A stretch of DNA of 56,475 nt, from positions 1-56,475 of IMG/VR virus record IMGVR_UViG_3300029319_007564. One strand, given 5' to 3'. Below, in pieces: positions 9,941-19,460 of this stretch (its first letter is position 1; each line of letters starts with the position of its first letter). Under the pieces are notes generated by a model. That model ran no database searches, was not told where the DNA came from, and worked only from the letters and a program-made list of their open reading frames with translations. A program made the translations under genes and the position numbers. Origin of the DNA: a virus. Lineage: Duplodnaviria; Caudoviricetes.

Positions 9941-10677
9941 GCGGTACTGACACCTTTTTTTTGCACTACCTTGGTGGCGCTAGCGTTTGCACGCTGTATT
10001 GCTTTGAATATGTCATTAGATATAACATAATTGGCTGCCAAGGAAGCTATAAACGTGTCGCCGGCGCCGGAAGTATCTTTAATTTCCACCTCTGGTACAG
10101 GAAACTCCACGCCCCTGTGTCTAGCTCCTTTGGGTCCAAGTGTGATTATCATTTTTTCTATTAACTCTGGAGTTAGTTTATGTTTGGTTTTTTCATATTC
10201 AAACTCGTTTATTTTTATAAACTTAATATCTTCACACCAGTTTCCTAATATTTTCTTAGTATCTAAAAAAGTAACTTGATGTTTCTTTGAAATTTTCTGG
10301 ATATCTTCCTCAGTTAAAAATCCTTTATTGTAGTCAGATATGACAACCGCATCATATGTATCAAACTCTACAGAGTCAATATCAAATCTTCCATATTGTT
10401 CATCATTTTCGTCGATTCTAACAATAATATAATTTGTTCTATTGTCTACAAACCTTGTTTTTTTTATATCTTTCCAGTTGTCATTAGTTTTTATATCTAC
10501 TTCGGCTTCGCGGTGCATTTTTAATATGTTTCTCCACACATTCAAAGCCATGCCTGGATTTTCTGTTTTCTTATCGGTTGCCTTAAATACAGGAACAGGA
10601 GCTTCTGGACACAGCCTTACGCAGTCTCCATACTGATATATGTCCCTACAACTTTCTCCAACAACCAAAATACGCAT
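9937..10677 (-). CDS. HldE/RfaE domain I-like PfkB sugar kinase (HldA-like)
   Basis: RLCPEAPVPV, ISDYNKG, DTSGAGDTF. Confidence 0.85.
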   Translation of the reverse strand: MRILVVGESCRDIYQYGDCVRLCPEAPVPVFKATDKKTENPGMALNVWRNILKMHREAEVDIKTNDNWKDIKKTRFVDNRTNYIIVRIDENDEQYGRFDIDSVEFDTYDAVVISDYNKGFLTEEDIQKISKKHQVTFLDTKKILGNWCEDIKFIKINEFEYEKTKHKLTPELIEKMIITLGPKGARHRGVEFPVPEVEIKDTSGAGDTFIASLAANYVISNDIFKAIQRANASATKVVQKKGVSTA

Positions 10678-11846
10678 CAGATAGATACACCCTTTACAAC
10701 ATTACAAATAAAGTTTATTTCTTGTTCAGTTAATTCAGGATAATTTGGCAAAAAGAATCCGCGAGAGTGAATTTTATCGCTTTGTTCCTCTCTATATTCA
10801 TCGTATGAATCTGTCCAAAAGGGATGGCGACCAAGATTTCCGGCACTATAAATTCTAGTTTCAATACCTTGCTCAACAAGTCTACTGACGATTTCTCTCC
10901 GATGCTCAGTGCTGTCAGCAATTGCCCCAAAAGAAATTGAAACTGGGTTGTTCTCACCCCAATCCTGGAACTCTACGTAGCCTTTAAGTTTTTCAGCGTA
11001 AAGCAGATGATTTTTGTTGCGCTGTGTTGAAGCCCACTCTGCTTTTTTGATCTGCCTAATACCAAGAAAGGCCTGCAGGTCTGTAGATCTAAGATTATAG
11101 CCGGCTACAAAAAATGTGAACGGGGAATGAAAATCATCAATTCCATACTTATCCATCATATCACTATAGGTTTCTTTATCCAGATCCTTGGCCCAGCCAT
11201 GGCTTCTGAGCATAAGAAGCATATCATACAGTTTCTTATCGTTTACATTTACCATACCGCCTTCGATTGTTGAAAGCTGGTGGCCAAAGTAAAAGGAGAA
11301 GGAAGCCATATCGCCAATTGTTCCAACCATTGTGCCATCTGCATATGATGCACCGAGCGCAGCACACGCGTCCTCAAGTAAAAGAAATCCGTACTTTTCT
11401 TTAAGTTGTAGTAATCTTTCTTTGTGATGTGGAACGCCAAGAACTTGCACAAATATCACAGCATCAGGACGTTCTCTTTCGCAGATGTCCTCAAGTTCAT
11501 CAAGGTCAATACCAAATGTTTCAGGATCTGCGCCACACATAATCGGTTCTAGACCCAGTTGCATGGCCGGAGATATAGTTGTAACCCAGCCGACTGAGGG
11601 CACTACAATCTTTTTATTGGGGATTAAACCACATTCAACTGCAGTAGCTACCATCAGCAGGTTAGCTGACGAACCTGAATTATTGAAAACGGCGTAATCC
11701 GTACCGATATATTCAGCCCAATCTTTTTCGACTTGAAGAGTAAGCTCACCTTTTGTTAATCTTGGATAGCTCTTAAGCCATTCACAAAGTGCATTGATAT
11801 CCTCTTCGTTAATGGTTTCTTTTGCAAGAGGGTATTTAATATTCAT
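10677..11846 (-). CDS. DegT/DnrJ-family PLP enzyme, ColD-like (GDP-4-keto-6-deoxymannose 3-dehydratase)
   Basis: NSGSSANLL, EDACAALGA; FYFGHQLSTIEGG has His where aminotransferases have Lys; RSHGW...GYN region lacks the Fe-S Cys insert of DdhC/RfbH. Confidence 0.75.
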   Translation of the reverse strand: MNIKYPLAKETINEEDINALCEWLKSYPRLTKGELTLQVEKDWAEYIGTDYAVFNNSGSSANLLMVATAVECGLIPNKKIVVPSVGWVTTISPAMQLGLEPIMCGADPETFGIDLDELEDICERERPDAVIFVQVLGVPHHKERLLQLKEKYGFLLLEDACAALGASYADGTMVGTIGDMASFSFYFGHQLSTIEGGMVNVNDKKLYDMLLMLRSHGWAKDLDKETYSDMMDKYGIDDFHSPFTFFVAGYNLRSTDLQAFLGIRQIKKAEWASTQRNKNHLLYAEKLKGYVEFQDWGENNPVSISFGAIADSTEHRREIVSRLVEQGIETRIYSAGNLGRHPFWTDSYDEYREEQSDKIHSRGFFLPNYPELTEQEINFICNVVKGVSI

Positions 11847-11856
11847 ATTTTTTCCT

Positions 11857-12408
11857 TTATTTAATTGCTTGTATGTTCAAACTCATTAGTTTGCCATTCT
11901 TTTTATCCATATGTGGAAGGTATGACTGACTGTAATCGTCAACATAAAAATGTTCGGTCTTCGACCAATCGTATCTCTCTACTTTTTCAAAACCTGTATT
12001 TAAAAGAGCTTCAGTAAGTGTGTCTTCACTCCAGGCATGATAATGAAAATCAAAGTCATATTTTTGGCCACCATAAAAAAGCGCCTGTACGGATTTAAAA
12101 TCATTTGTCATAAGATAGTACTCACACGCTGCCTTTATATCCGGTACCGCTAATCTTAATACACCACCTTTTTTTAGTGTGGCATACCAATTATCAAGAA
12201 CATCTTGCCAAGTTCTTTTTTGATATTCAAATGGTTTGGTTGGGAAATGCTCCAAAACGTGACACGCGTAAATTAAATCTACGTCCTTGAACTTTTGATT
12301 TATAAGAGTCACGTCACAAACAACATCAGGATTTGTATCTGATCTGGCATCAACATTTATAAATCCGTGCATCTTTCTATCGCCACACCCTAAATTTAAT
12401 TTTGTCAT
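11857..12408 (-). CDS. Class I SAM-dependent methyltransferase
   Basis: KLNLGCG, HVLEHF, LKKGGVLRLAVPD. Confidence 0.85.
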   Translation of the reverse strand: MTKLNLGCGDRKMHGFINVDARSDTNPDVVCDVTLINQKFKDVDLIYACHVLEHFPTKPFEYQKRTWQDVLDNWYATLKKGGVLRLAVPDIKAACEYYLMTNDFKSVQALFYGGQKYDFDFHYHAWSEDTLTEALLNTGFEKVERYDWSKTEHFYVDDYSQSYLPHMDKKNGKLMSLNIQAIK

Positions 12409-13379
12409 TACAGTCTTACCATCCAGTGTTCAATCATTTCATCTATCATTTTATCAAAAGTATATTCAAAGTTTAAATCAATAACATTTGCTAATTTTGC
12501 GGGGTCTCCTTTTAGATCAACTAATTCTGTGGGTCTGAAAAATTTCTCGTCTTGAACCACATAATCTTGGTAATTCATTCCCAATTGACTAAATGTATAA
12601 TCACACAATTCTCTAACGGAATGGGAAACACCTGTTGCGCAAACATAATCATCAGGCTCCTCTAATTGTAGGATCTGCCACATAATTTTTACATAATCTT
12701 TGGCGTGTCCCCAATCTCGGGTGCTATCTAAATTTCCTAAAACTAGCTCTTTTTGTAGTCCCTTCTTTATTCTTACCGCTCCCATCACAACCTTGTTTGT
12801 TACAAAGTTGCCGCCGCGGCGAGGGGACTCATGATTGAACAAAATTCCGTTTGAAGCAAACATATCATAAGATTCTCGATAGCACTTAATAAGATTATAA
12901 GCTAATAGCTTTGCACAAGCATAAGGGCTTACTGGGTTCATTGGAGTCGATTCTCTTTGGAAGCCGTCTGGATCAATTGAATTCCCAAACATTTCAGAAG
13001 AACTTGCTTGATAAATCTTTGCGTCACAACCAGTTAGTTGAGCAACTTCAAGTAAATTCAAGGTACCTGTACCAATAGAGTTTAACGTATATATCGGCTG
13101 ATCAAAGCTAATTCTAACATGACTTTGCGCTGCTAAGTTGTAAATCTCATCTGGTTCGACATCGTTTATTACAGATAACAAAGAGGACATATCACAGACA
13201 TCTGCGTGATATATGTTGTTTTTAATTTCATCATAAATGTGCTGGATCCTAGCTGTTTGGTTTTCTGGTATTGAGTTTCTTCTTACAATGCCGTGAACAT
13301 CATAACCTTTCTCTAATAAAAACTCAGCCAAGTATGAACCATCTTGACCATTGATTCCTGTAATTAATGCTGTTTTCAT
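12408..13379 (-). CDS. gmd: GDP-mannose 4,6-dehydratase
   Basis: ITGINGQDGSYLAE, NLAAQSHV, YQASSSEMFG, SPYACAK, FNHESPRRG, RDWGHAKDYV. Confidence 0.95.
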   Translation of the reverse strand: MKTALITGINGQDGSYLAEFLLEKGYDVHGIVRRNSIPENQTARIQHIYDEIKNNIYHADVCDMSSLLSVINDVEPDEIYNLAAQSHVRISFDQPIYTLNSIGTGTLNLLEVAQLTGCDAKIYQASSSEMFGNSIDPDGFQRESTPMNPVSPYACAKLLAYNLIKCYRESYDMFASNGILFNHESPRRGGNFVTNKVVMGAVRIKKGLQKELVLGNLDSTRDWGHAKDYVKIMWQILQLEEPDDYVCATGVSHSVRELCDYTFSQLGMNYQDYVVQDEKFFRPTELVDLKGDPAKLANVIDLNFEYTFDKMIDEMIEHWMVRL

Positions 13380-14308
13380 AATCTCACATCGGGATAATTT
13401 TTCTCAAACCATTTTACTGTGTTTTTCATAGCTTTTTTCAAACTAGTATATTGAAAATCTGGTAGTGTGTTCGTAAATATTTCTTTGTTTGTTGGTCTTC
13501 TTAGTTGTCCGTTTGGCTTATCTGTTAACCACTCTACGTTATGGTAATCAAAAGCATCGCAGACCAACTTTACTAAATCCTTGATTTGTGTTTCTCGCTC
13601 TCCAGATACAATTACTCTTTGCGGTAGCTGTCCATCTAATTGTAACAAGTCAACACAAGCGCGTGCAACATCTTTTGCGTACAAAAACTCTCTATAAGGT
13701 GTTCCATCTCCCCACACTTGCAGGGGGGTGCCTTCTTTTTTGGCCTTATAACACTTGTGTACGAGCGAAGGAACAACATGTCCATCTTCTAAATTAAAAT
13801 TATCGTTTTCGCCAAAAATATTCCCAGGAATAACAGAGCAATAATTAACTCCATATTGCTGGTTGTAAGCTTTTATTTGAACATCTACCATCCTCTTTGA
13901 ATACGCATATGAGTAATGCGCAGGATATGGCTCACCATCGTGCAGAATGTCTTCGTGAAGGCTTTCTGCACCTGCAGGGAAGGCACACACTGATGAGAAG
14001 GCTAGAAGCTTTTCTACACCGCTTAACTGAGCGTAATGAATAACAAAAGCATTCATAAGTATATTGGCGTAATACTGTTGTGCGGGAGTTGCGAGATTTC
14101 TTCCGATACCCCCCACTCTTGCTGCTGTGTGTATAACATAGTCTGGCTTTACTTCTTCAAACAAAGCTTTTACATCACTTTCACAAGTTAGGTCATGTGC
14201 TTGACGACCTGTGAATATAAAGTTTAGTTCTTTGTAGTCGTTCTTCAGTGCTTTAATTGCAGAACCCACAAGGCCGCGACCTCCAGTAACCAATACAGTT
14301 TTAGCCAT
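13376..14308 (-). CDS. fcl: GDP-fucose synthase / GDP-colitose synthase (Fcl/ColC-like)
   Basis: VTGGRGLVG, AARVGGI, YAYSKR, DNFNLEDGHVVPSL, WGDGTPYREFLY. Start moved to ATG 14308 (GGAG RBS). Confidence 0.88.
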   Translation of the reverse strand: MAKTVLVTGGRGLVGSAIKALKNDYKELNFIFTGRQAHDLTCESDVKALFEEVKPDYVIHTAARVGGIGRNLATPAQQYYANILMNAFVIHYAQLSGVEKLLAFSSVCAFPAGAESLHEDILHDGEPYPAHYSYAYSKRMVDVQIKAYNQQYGVNYCSVIPGNIFGENDNFNLEDGHVVPSLVHKCYKAKKEGTPLQVWGDGTPYREFLYAKDVARACVDLLQLDGQLPQRVIVSGERETQIKDLVKLVCDAFDYHNVEWLTDKPNGQLRRPTNKEIFTNTLPDFQYTSLKKAMKNTVKWFEKNYPDVRL

Positions 14309-15080
14309 TCCCAAATCTCCTCTTCCAGATTCTATCAGCTCTTTCCCAGTTAAAATAATCAATTCTTATTCTTTGTGGCCTAGGTACACTGTAAAGCGCT
14401 TGAAATAGCGGGGCGTCATTTTGTTCATATGCAGCTTGAACTGGTACATGATCCCCTTCGTTTGGATTCCAGTCACAGGTTAATACCAAACTTGGGGAGA
14501 AATGTATTCTAGCACCGTCTCGTTGCGCTCTAAAAGAAAGATCGTGCGTGTTCATATTCAAATGCTCAAAAGAACAATCAAAGCCGCCTAAATGCCTAAA
14601 GTACCTTAAATCATACATTGCTAATAAAGTAATTTTATAATCTTGCGGTACACCAGGAAGCCTAAGATCTGGATGAGTCCAGGCTGTCCAGTAGCTGTCT
14701 TCTGGGCATTGTCCACTAATCCCTCTCCCTTCTGCATATTTGATAATTATAATATCTCTTTGACCTAAACCCTGCGTCCTTCTCATATCTAAACATTCTT
14801 TGATCGAATCTTTAAGAAAATACCCATCGTCGGAGCCCCACATCATAAGCTCTCCTTCTGCCAATGAAGTGGCAATTTGTGCACAACGTGATGGGTGGCC
14901 AAAATCTTTGAAGAACTTAAAATTGTCTTTTTTAATTAAAGATTCAGGAGGGTCATTCGGACCTACCATAATTAATTCCCAAGTATATTTATCTCCAATA
15001 GCTTCAATTGCAGATTCATATAATCTTTCCCACAAGTGTGTTCTATGTGCGGGTAAACATATTGATAAATCGTAGTGCAT
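14301..15080 (-). CDS. GT-A fold (GT2-like) glycosyltransferase, paralog 1
   Basis: SICLPA, WGSDDG, GGFDCSFE..HDLSFR, C-terminal WKRRF shared with two paralogs. Confidence 0.75.
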   Translation of the reverse strand: MHYDLSICLPAHRTHLWERLYESAIEAIGDKYTWELIMVGPNDPPESLIKKDNFKFFKDFGHPSRCAQIATSLAEGELMMWGSDDGYFLKDSIKECLDMRRTQGLGQRDIIIIKYAEGRGISGQCPEDSYWTAWTHPDLRLPGVPQDYKITLLAMYDLRYFRHLGGFDCSFEHLNMNTHDLSFRAQRDGARIHFSPSLVLTCDWNPNEGDHVPVQAAYEQNDAPLFQALYSVPRPQRIRIDYFNWERADRIWKRRFGNG

Positions 15081-15868
15081 TATTCAAATCTCCTTTTCCA
15101 AACCGCGGGGGCTTCTTTCCAGTTTTCTAATTTAAGTTTTGGTCTAACGTTCAATGTCCAATTTGGATCTCTATATTTTTCTTGTAGCAGAGGTTCATCA
15201 TGTTGGTGCTGACAAATAAAGATGGGCATATGATCACCGGTACCTCCGGGCATATGATCACAGACAAAAAGCGGAACGTCGGCCATTTTCACATTTGCTC
15301 CTAAGTATTGAGCACGGATTGCCATATCAGCGTGAGAAGCCCAAGTGCCTTCATAACTGCAATCCCAGCCTCCAAGAGAATTAAAGAAATCAGCATACAT
15401 AAATCCAATATTAAATAACCACCACTCATTTGGTATATGTGGAGATCCTGCGGGTGTGCTGTTTACTCTAAAATAACTGTCTGGCTGTAATGTTTGTCTT
15501 TCCGTACTTCCCTCTTGTCCTTCGAAATATTTTGCAACAAGAACATTGTTCTTAGCCGTACCCATATCATAAAACATATCTAAGCATTTGTCAAGTGAAT
15601 CATCAAAAAACAAACAATCATCTGCTAGCCAAGTGTAAACTTTGCCCTCACACAATGACGCGGCTATGTTAGATGCACGCACTGGTGAACCATAATCTTT
15701 TACGTATTTGACATTTCTCTTCTCTTTTAGTTCTTCTGGTAGAGGGTTTGGGCCGCAGATCACTAATTCAAAATCTCTCTTTGTAGATTTTAGAATTGTT
15801 TCATATAATTTTGGTAATCTCTCGGTCCTGATGCTGGGCAGAATTAAAGATACTTCTGGTTTACTCAC
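15080..15868 (-). CDS. GT-A fold (GT2-like) glycosyltransferase, paralog 2
   Basis: VSLILPSIR, LADDC, GGWDCSYE..DMAIR, WKRRF. Confidence 0.75.
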   Translation of the reverse strand: MSKPEVSLILPSIRTERLPKLYETILKSTKRDFELVICGPNPLPEELKEKRNVKYVKDYGSPVRASNIAASLCEGKVYTWLADDCLFFDDSLDKCLDMFYDMGTAKNNVLVAKYFEGQEGSTERQTLQPDSYFRVNSTPAGSPHIPNEWWLFNIGFMYADFFNSLGGWDCSYEGTWASHADMAIRAQYLGANVKMADVPLFVCDHMPGGTGDHMPIFICQHQHDEPLLQEKYRDPNWTLNVRPKLKLENWKEAPAVWKRRFE

Positions 15869-16877
15869 TTTGTTGCCTCATATATTCAATTACTTCTCGG
15901 ACAGATTCTTCCAAACCTATCTCCGCTTCAAAACCAATTACCTCTTTTGCTTTGTTAGTATTGGGAATTCGCTTCTGGACATCATATTCGTAGGCTTCGT
16001 CTGAGACAAACGCAAACTCTTTGCCGGGGTTTAGAATACTCCATACCAACTGTGATAATTCTATAACAGAAGTAGCTACAGATGTTGAAATATTAAAGTC
16101 TTCATTGATTGCCGCTTCGCTTTCAAGACACATTCTCACGCCTCTTGCAATGTCTTTTCCGTTTGTGTAGCAGCGAATTTGTTCACCAGTTCCAAGAACG
16201 TGAAGCGGGTCTTGGCCCTTCAATATTTTGTTTATGATGTCGGGAAGAACATGGCTCATCATCAACTTGATGTTGCCAGACTTTACTTCATGTTCTCCGA
16301 TAGCATCCTCTTCTCCTACACCGACACAATTGAATGGTCGAATAATAGTGTAAGGAACACCGTACTGCTCAAGTGCGCCTTTTGCAAAATACTCAACTGC
16401 AAGCTTTTGGAATCCATATGTGCTCAGTGGTGGTGCGCACACCTTGATGTTTTCTTCTGGTGTTGGGTATACTTCGGTGTTTTCAAACACCATACTGCTT
16501 GATGCCACAAGAATTCTTTTTAATACTCCAAGCTGGTGCAACTTGATTGCAACGTCATAAGTCGACGCCATAATCCTTTCATTTGTTGCCAATAAATCAT
16601 AAGCATATTTATGAAAATATGTGATGCCTCCAATCATTGCAGCACCAGCAATAATGTATTCAACATCTAAAAGCTGCTCTGGCAAATTTTCTGGATCCAA
16701 ATCAATTACATCCATCTCAATCAATTCGAAATTTGGATGATTATCATGTGGTCGTGTGATAGGGCCGTATTTAGAAAAATTATCAATACCGATAACTTTG
16801 TATCCCTTATCTAAAAATTCAGCGCAAAGGTATGAACCTATAAACCCCTGGCTACCTGTGATTAATACTTTACTCAT
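15861..16877 (-). CDS. NAD-dependent nucleotide-sugar epimerase/dehydratase
   Basis: ITGSQGFIG, YGFQK (YxxxK), RPFNCVG. Confidence 0.9.
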   Translation of the reverse strand: MSKVLITGSQGFIGSYLCAEFLDKGYKVIGIDNFSKYGPITRPHDNHPNFELIEMDVIDLDPENLPEQLLDVEYIIAGAAMIGGITYFHKYAYDLLATNERIMASTYDVAIKLHQLGVLKRILVASSSMVFENTEVYPTPEENIKVCAPPLSTYGFQKLAVEYFAKGALEQYGVPYTIIRPFNCVGVGEEDAIGEHEVKSGNIKLMMSHVLPDIINKILKGQDPLHVLGTGEQIRCYTNGKDIARGVRMCLESEAAINEDFNISTSVATSVIELSQLVWSILNPGKEFAFVSDEAYEYDVQKRIPNTNKAKEVIGFEAEIGLEESVREVIEYMRQQSE

Positions 16878-17848
16878 CTGTTCTCCTTTTTATATCCTAA
16901 GAGTTCAAAATCTTCCTTTCTGATTCTGTGAATATCTTCAATATTTTTATCCGTATACCAATCTAAAATATTTTCTGGTATGTGTTTTTTCCATTTACTG
17001 CTATTATTCAAGAGGTGTGGCACGGGGCCTTTTACTTTGATACCCATTGCATTGCAAAAATCGTTGTAATCTTGCTCAAGTGATTCTGCTCTAATATATG
17101 TTGAAACCATTGGCTGCTGTCCGGATCCCTGTGCAATTAGGTATGAAGCTTGGCTAGATATATAGGTGTCTGGATTAGATGGGGGATTAATAATGAGAGA
17201 ATATTCCTGACCAAGATCTTGCCATCTAGACGTCCAAAGTTCCCATTCTTTTTGGATTAATTTTGATATTTCGTTTTTTGCAAGTCCCTTAGATTTATCT
17301 TGCAAAAATTTATTTTTTGAATATAAAAATACTGAAAATTCTCTCTTATAGGGATTTCTAATTGTTGCAAAAGCTACATAAGATTTTTTAAAACTTTTAT
17401 ATGCTGCAAACCTTGGATCGTTCATAAGTTGATACCAAACATAAAAGGGAAAATGTTTTATATTACCTTGCCATCCAGATGTACCAAATGCGTTAGATAT
17501 TGCGTCTGGATTTGAGGGTAAAAATAAATCTTCCAATCCATAATTTATTTTGATATTATGTAAAGCTCTCATATGAAATTTATCTGCTTCTAGTGTTTTC
17601 GCAACCCAATGCTCCCACCAAGGAAAATCTATTCTAGATGGTGCAACGTGGGTTATTTCATCTCCGTATTCTGCTGCGGGGAGAGCCGGGGTACCGTACT
17701 TTTCATTATCTTTAAAAATTTTTTCGTAGTCTTTTGCGGTGGCCAGTAAACATTCTTGTTCTATGTCACGATGTAAGGCTGTGTGTATCGATGTTCCTCC
17801 AGTCTTTGGTGGGTGTATAAATACAAATCCATATTTGTTTGATATCAT
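16874..17848 (-). CDS. Sulfotransferase (family 2-like)
   Basis: FIHPPKTGGTSI (5'-PSB) and IRNPYKREFS (3'-PB). Confidence 0.8.
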   Translation of the reverse strand: MISNKYGFVFIHPPKTGGTSIHTALHRDIEQECLLATAKDYEKIFKDNEKYGTPALPAAEYGDEITHVAPSRIDFPWWEHWVAKTLEADKFHMRALHNIKINYGLEDLFLPSNPDAISNAFGTSGWQGNIKHFPFYVWYQLMNDPRFAAYKSFKKSYVAFATIRNPYKREFSVFLYSKNKFLQDKSKGLAKNEISKLIQKEWELWTSRWQDLGQEYSLIINPPSNPDTYISSQASYLIAQGSGQQPMVSTYIRAESLEQDYNDFCNAMGIKVKGPVPHLLNNSSKWKKHIPENILDWYTDKNIEDIHRIRKEDFELLGYKKENR

Positions 17849-18630
17849 TTGCGCATGCCTTTAAAAACAGTTACTTTATATTTGCTATTTTCATCTAAAA
17901 GATCTTCAAAAAAATCTACATCGCTATTTTCCATTAACTTGGCCATAGCGGACACATCTTTAGGTAAACACATACCACCAAAACCTCTGAAATTATCATT
18001 ACATTCAAGGTAGTTTCCGTGAATATGTTTGCGATTAACAACTGCATTCTTAACATTGGTATAATTTACTCCACTGATTTTACAGGCTTCGTAGAAACTA
18101 TTGGCAAAAATGATCAACATCGCATTGTATACATTGTTGAAATACTTACAAAACTCCGCTTCGGCGTGTGTCAATCTAACAAACTTTTCTGGCAACGAGC
18201 CGTGACAAGCTTTTAGTAACTCATATGTCTCATCGTCACTGCATCCTATAATGCATACATCGTGATTTTCGGTAAAATCAGTTATTGCGCAGCGCTCTCT
18301 CAAAAACTCTGGAACAAAACAAACATTCAACCCAGTCTCTTCTCTGAGGGATTCTGTTGTTCCGGGAACAACTGTTGACTTTATCGCTACTACGCCAGTG
18401 TATCCACGTTCTTTTAGTTCTAATATTACTTCTCGGACAATGCTGATATCGCAAGAGCCGTCATCTGCTCGGGGGGTCGGAACGCAAATATACACAACCT
18501 CTGAGTCCATTACATCAGTTAAGGTGGTATCAAGTCTAATATCGTGGACTGATACATTGTGCCCTAACAATTCAAAGCCGAATTTGCAAGCTCCGCCGAC
18601 TACCCCAACTCCTACAACGCCTATATCCAT
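17845..18630 (-). CDS. UDP-glucose/GDP-mannose dehydrogenase family (short form without C-terminal domain)
   Basis: GVGVVG, ICVPTP, KSTVVPGT, PEFLRE, GFGGMCLPKD. Confidence 0.9.
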   Translation of the reverse strand: MDIGVVGVGVVGGACKFGFELLGHNVSVHDIRLDTTLTDVMDSEVVYICVPTPRADDGSCDISIVREVILELKERGYTGVVAIKSTVVPGTTESLREETGLNVCFVPEFLRERCAITDFTENHDVCIIGCSDDETYELLKACHGSLPEKFVRLTHAEAEFCKYFNNVYNAMLIIFANSFYEACKISGVNYTNVKNAVVNRKHIHGNYLECNDNFRGFGGMCLPKDVSAMAKLMENSDVDFFEDLLDENSKYKVTVFKGMRK

Positions 18631-19460
18631 TAATATCCAAGCTCCTTATAACTTTGTGGAAGCTTTCCATCTTTGAACTCAAAACGTCGCTTCCAGATTG
18701 GTGGTGTTTGTTGCCAATTGTCTAAATCTATTTTAATTCTTGTCGAGGCTGGATTTCCAGGCTGTGTGTAAATCGCATCAAACTTGGGCTTATCTGAAAA
18801 CGTTTGTGCATCGTAGATTGGTGCGTGGTCTACTGACTTATTAACGTAGTGATTGCACGTCGTTGCATCTGTGGGAGAATCAAAGAGTCGGCCACCGTCA
18901 GCTTGAACTCTAAACATAAGATCATGCAGGGGGTGGTTGATGTATTCATAAGAACAATCCCAGCCGCCAAGCTCCTTGAAATAATCCATTCTCATAAAAT
19001 GATGTAGAGAAATCTTATAGTCTCTGGGTATTCCCGGAAGTTGTAACTCTCCGTGAAAATGAGCAGTCCAAAAACCCATTGGCAATGTTTGGCCAGAATA
19101 CATAGCACCTTCACGATATCTCATATTGACCACATCTTTTCTAGTGCCGTGAGTTCTCAGAATTTTGACAGCGGTATCTATTGCGTCTGGTAAAAAGATT
19201 GCATCATCCACACAGTGATACATATACTCGCCTTCGCACTGTAGCGCGCCGATTTGCGCTGCTCTGGTTGGTGCGCCATAATCTTTGATTAGCTTTACAT
19301 TGTCAAAGTGTTGCATTTCCGGTGGCAAATCGAACGGGCTGACCAACACTAACTCCCAAGTGTGTTCTTTGCAGGCGTTAAAAAGACTACCATACATCAT
19401 CAACCATTGGTGTGTTCTAATTGCCGGCATCAAGACCGAAACATCATATTTATAACTCAT
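18630..19460 (-). CDS. GT-A fold (GT2-like) glycosyltransferase, paralog 3
   Basis: VSVLMPAIR, CVDDA, GGWDCSYE..HDLMFR, WKRRF. Confidence 0.75.
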   Translation of the reverse strand: MSYKYDVSVLMPAIRTHQWLMMYGSLFNACKEHTWELVLVSPFDLPPEMQHFDNVKLIKDYGAPTRAAQIGALQCEGEYMYHCVDDAIFLPDAIDTAVKILRTHGTRKDVVNMRYREGAMYSGQTLPMGFWTAHFHGELQLPGIPRDYKISLHHFMRMDYFKELGGWDCSYEYINHPLHDLMFRVQADGGRLFDSPTDATTCNHYVNKSVDHAPIYDAQTFSDKPKFDAIYTQPGNPASTRIKIDLDNWQQTPPIWKRRFEFKDGKLPQSYKELGY

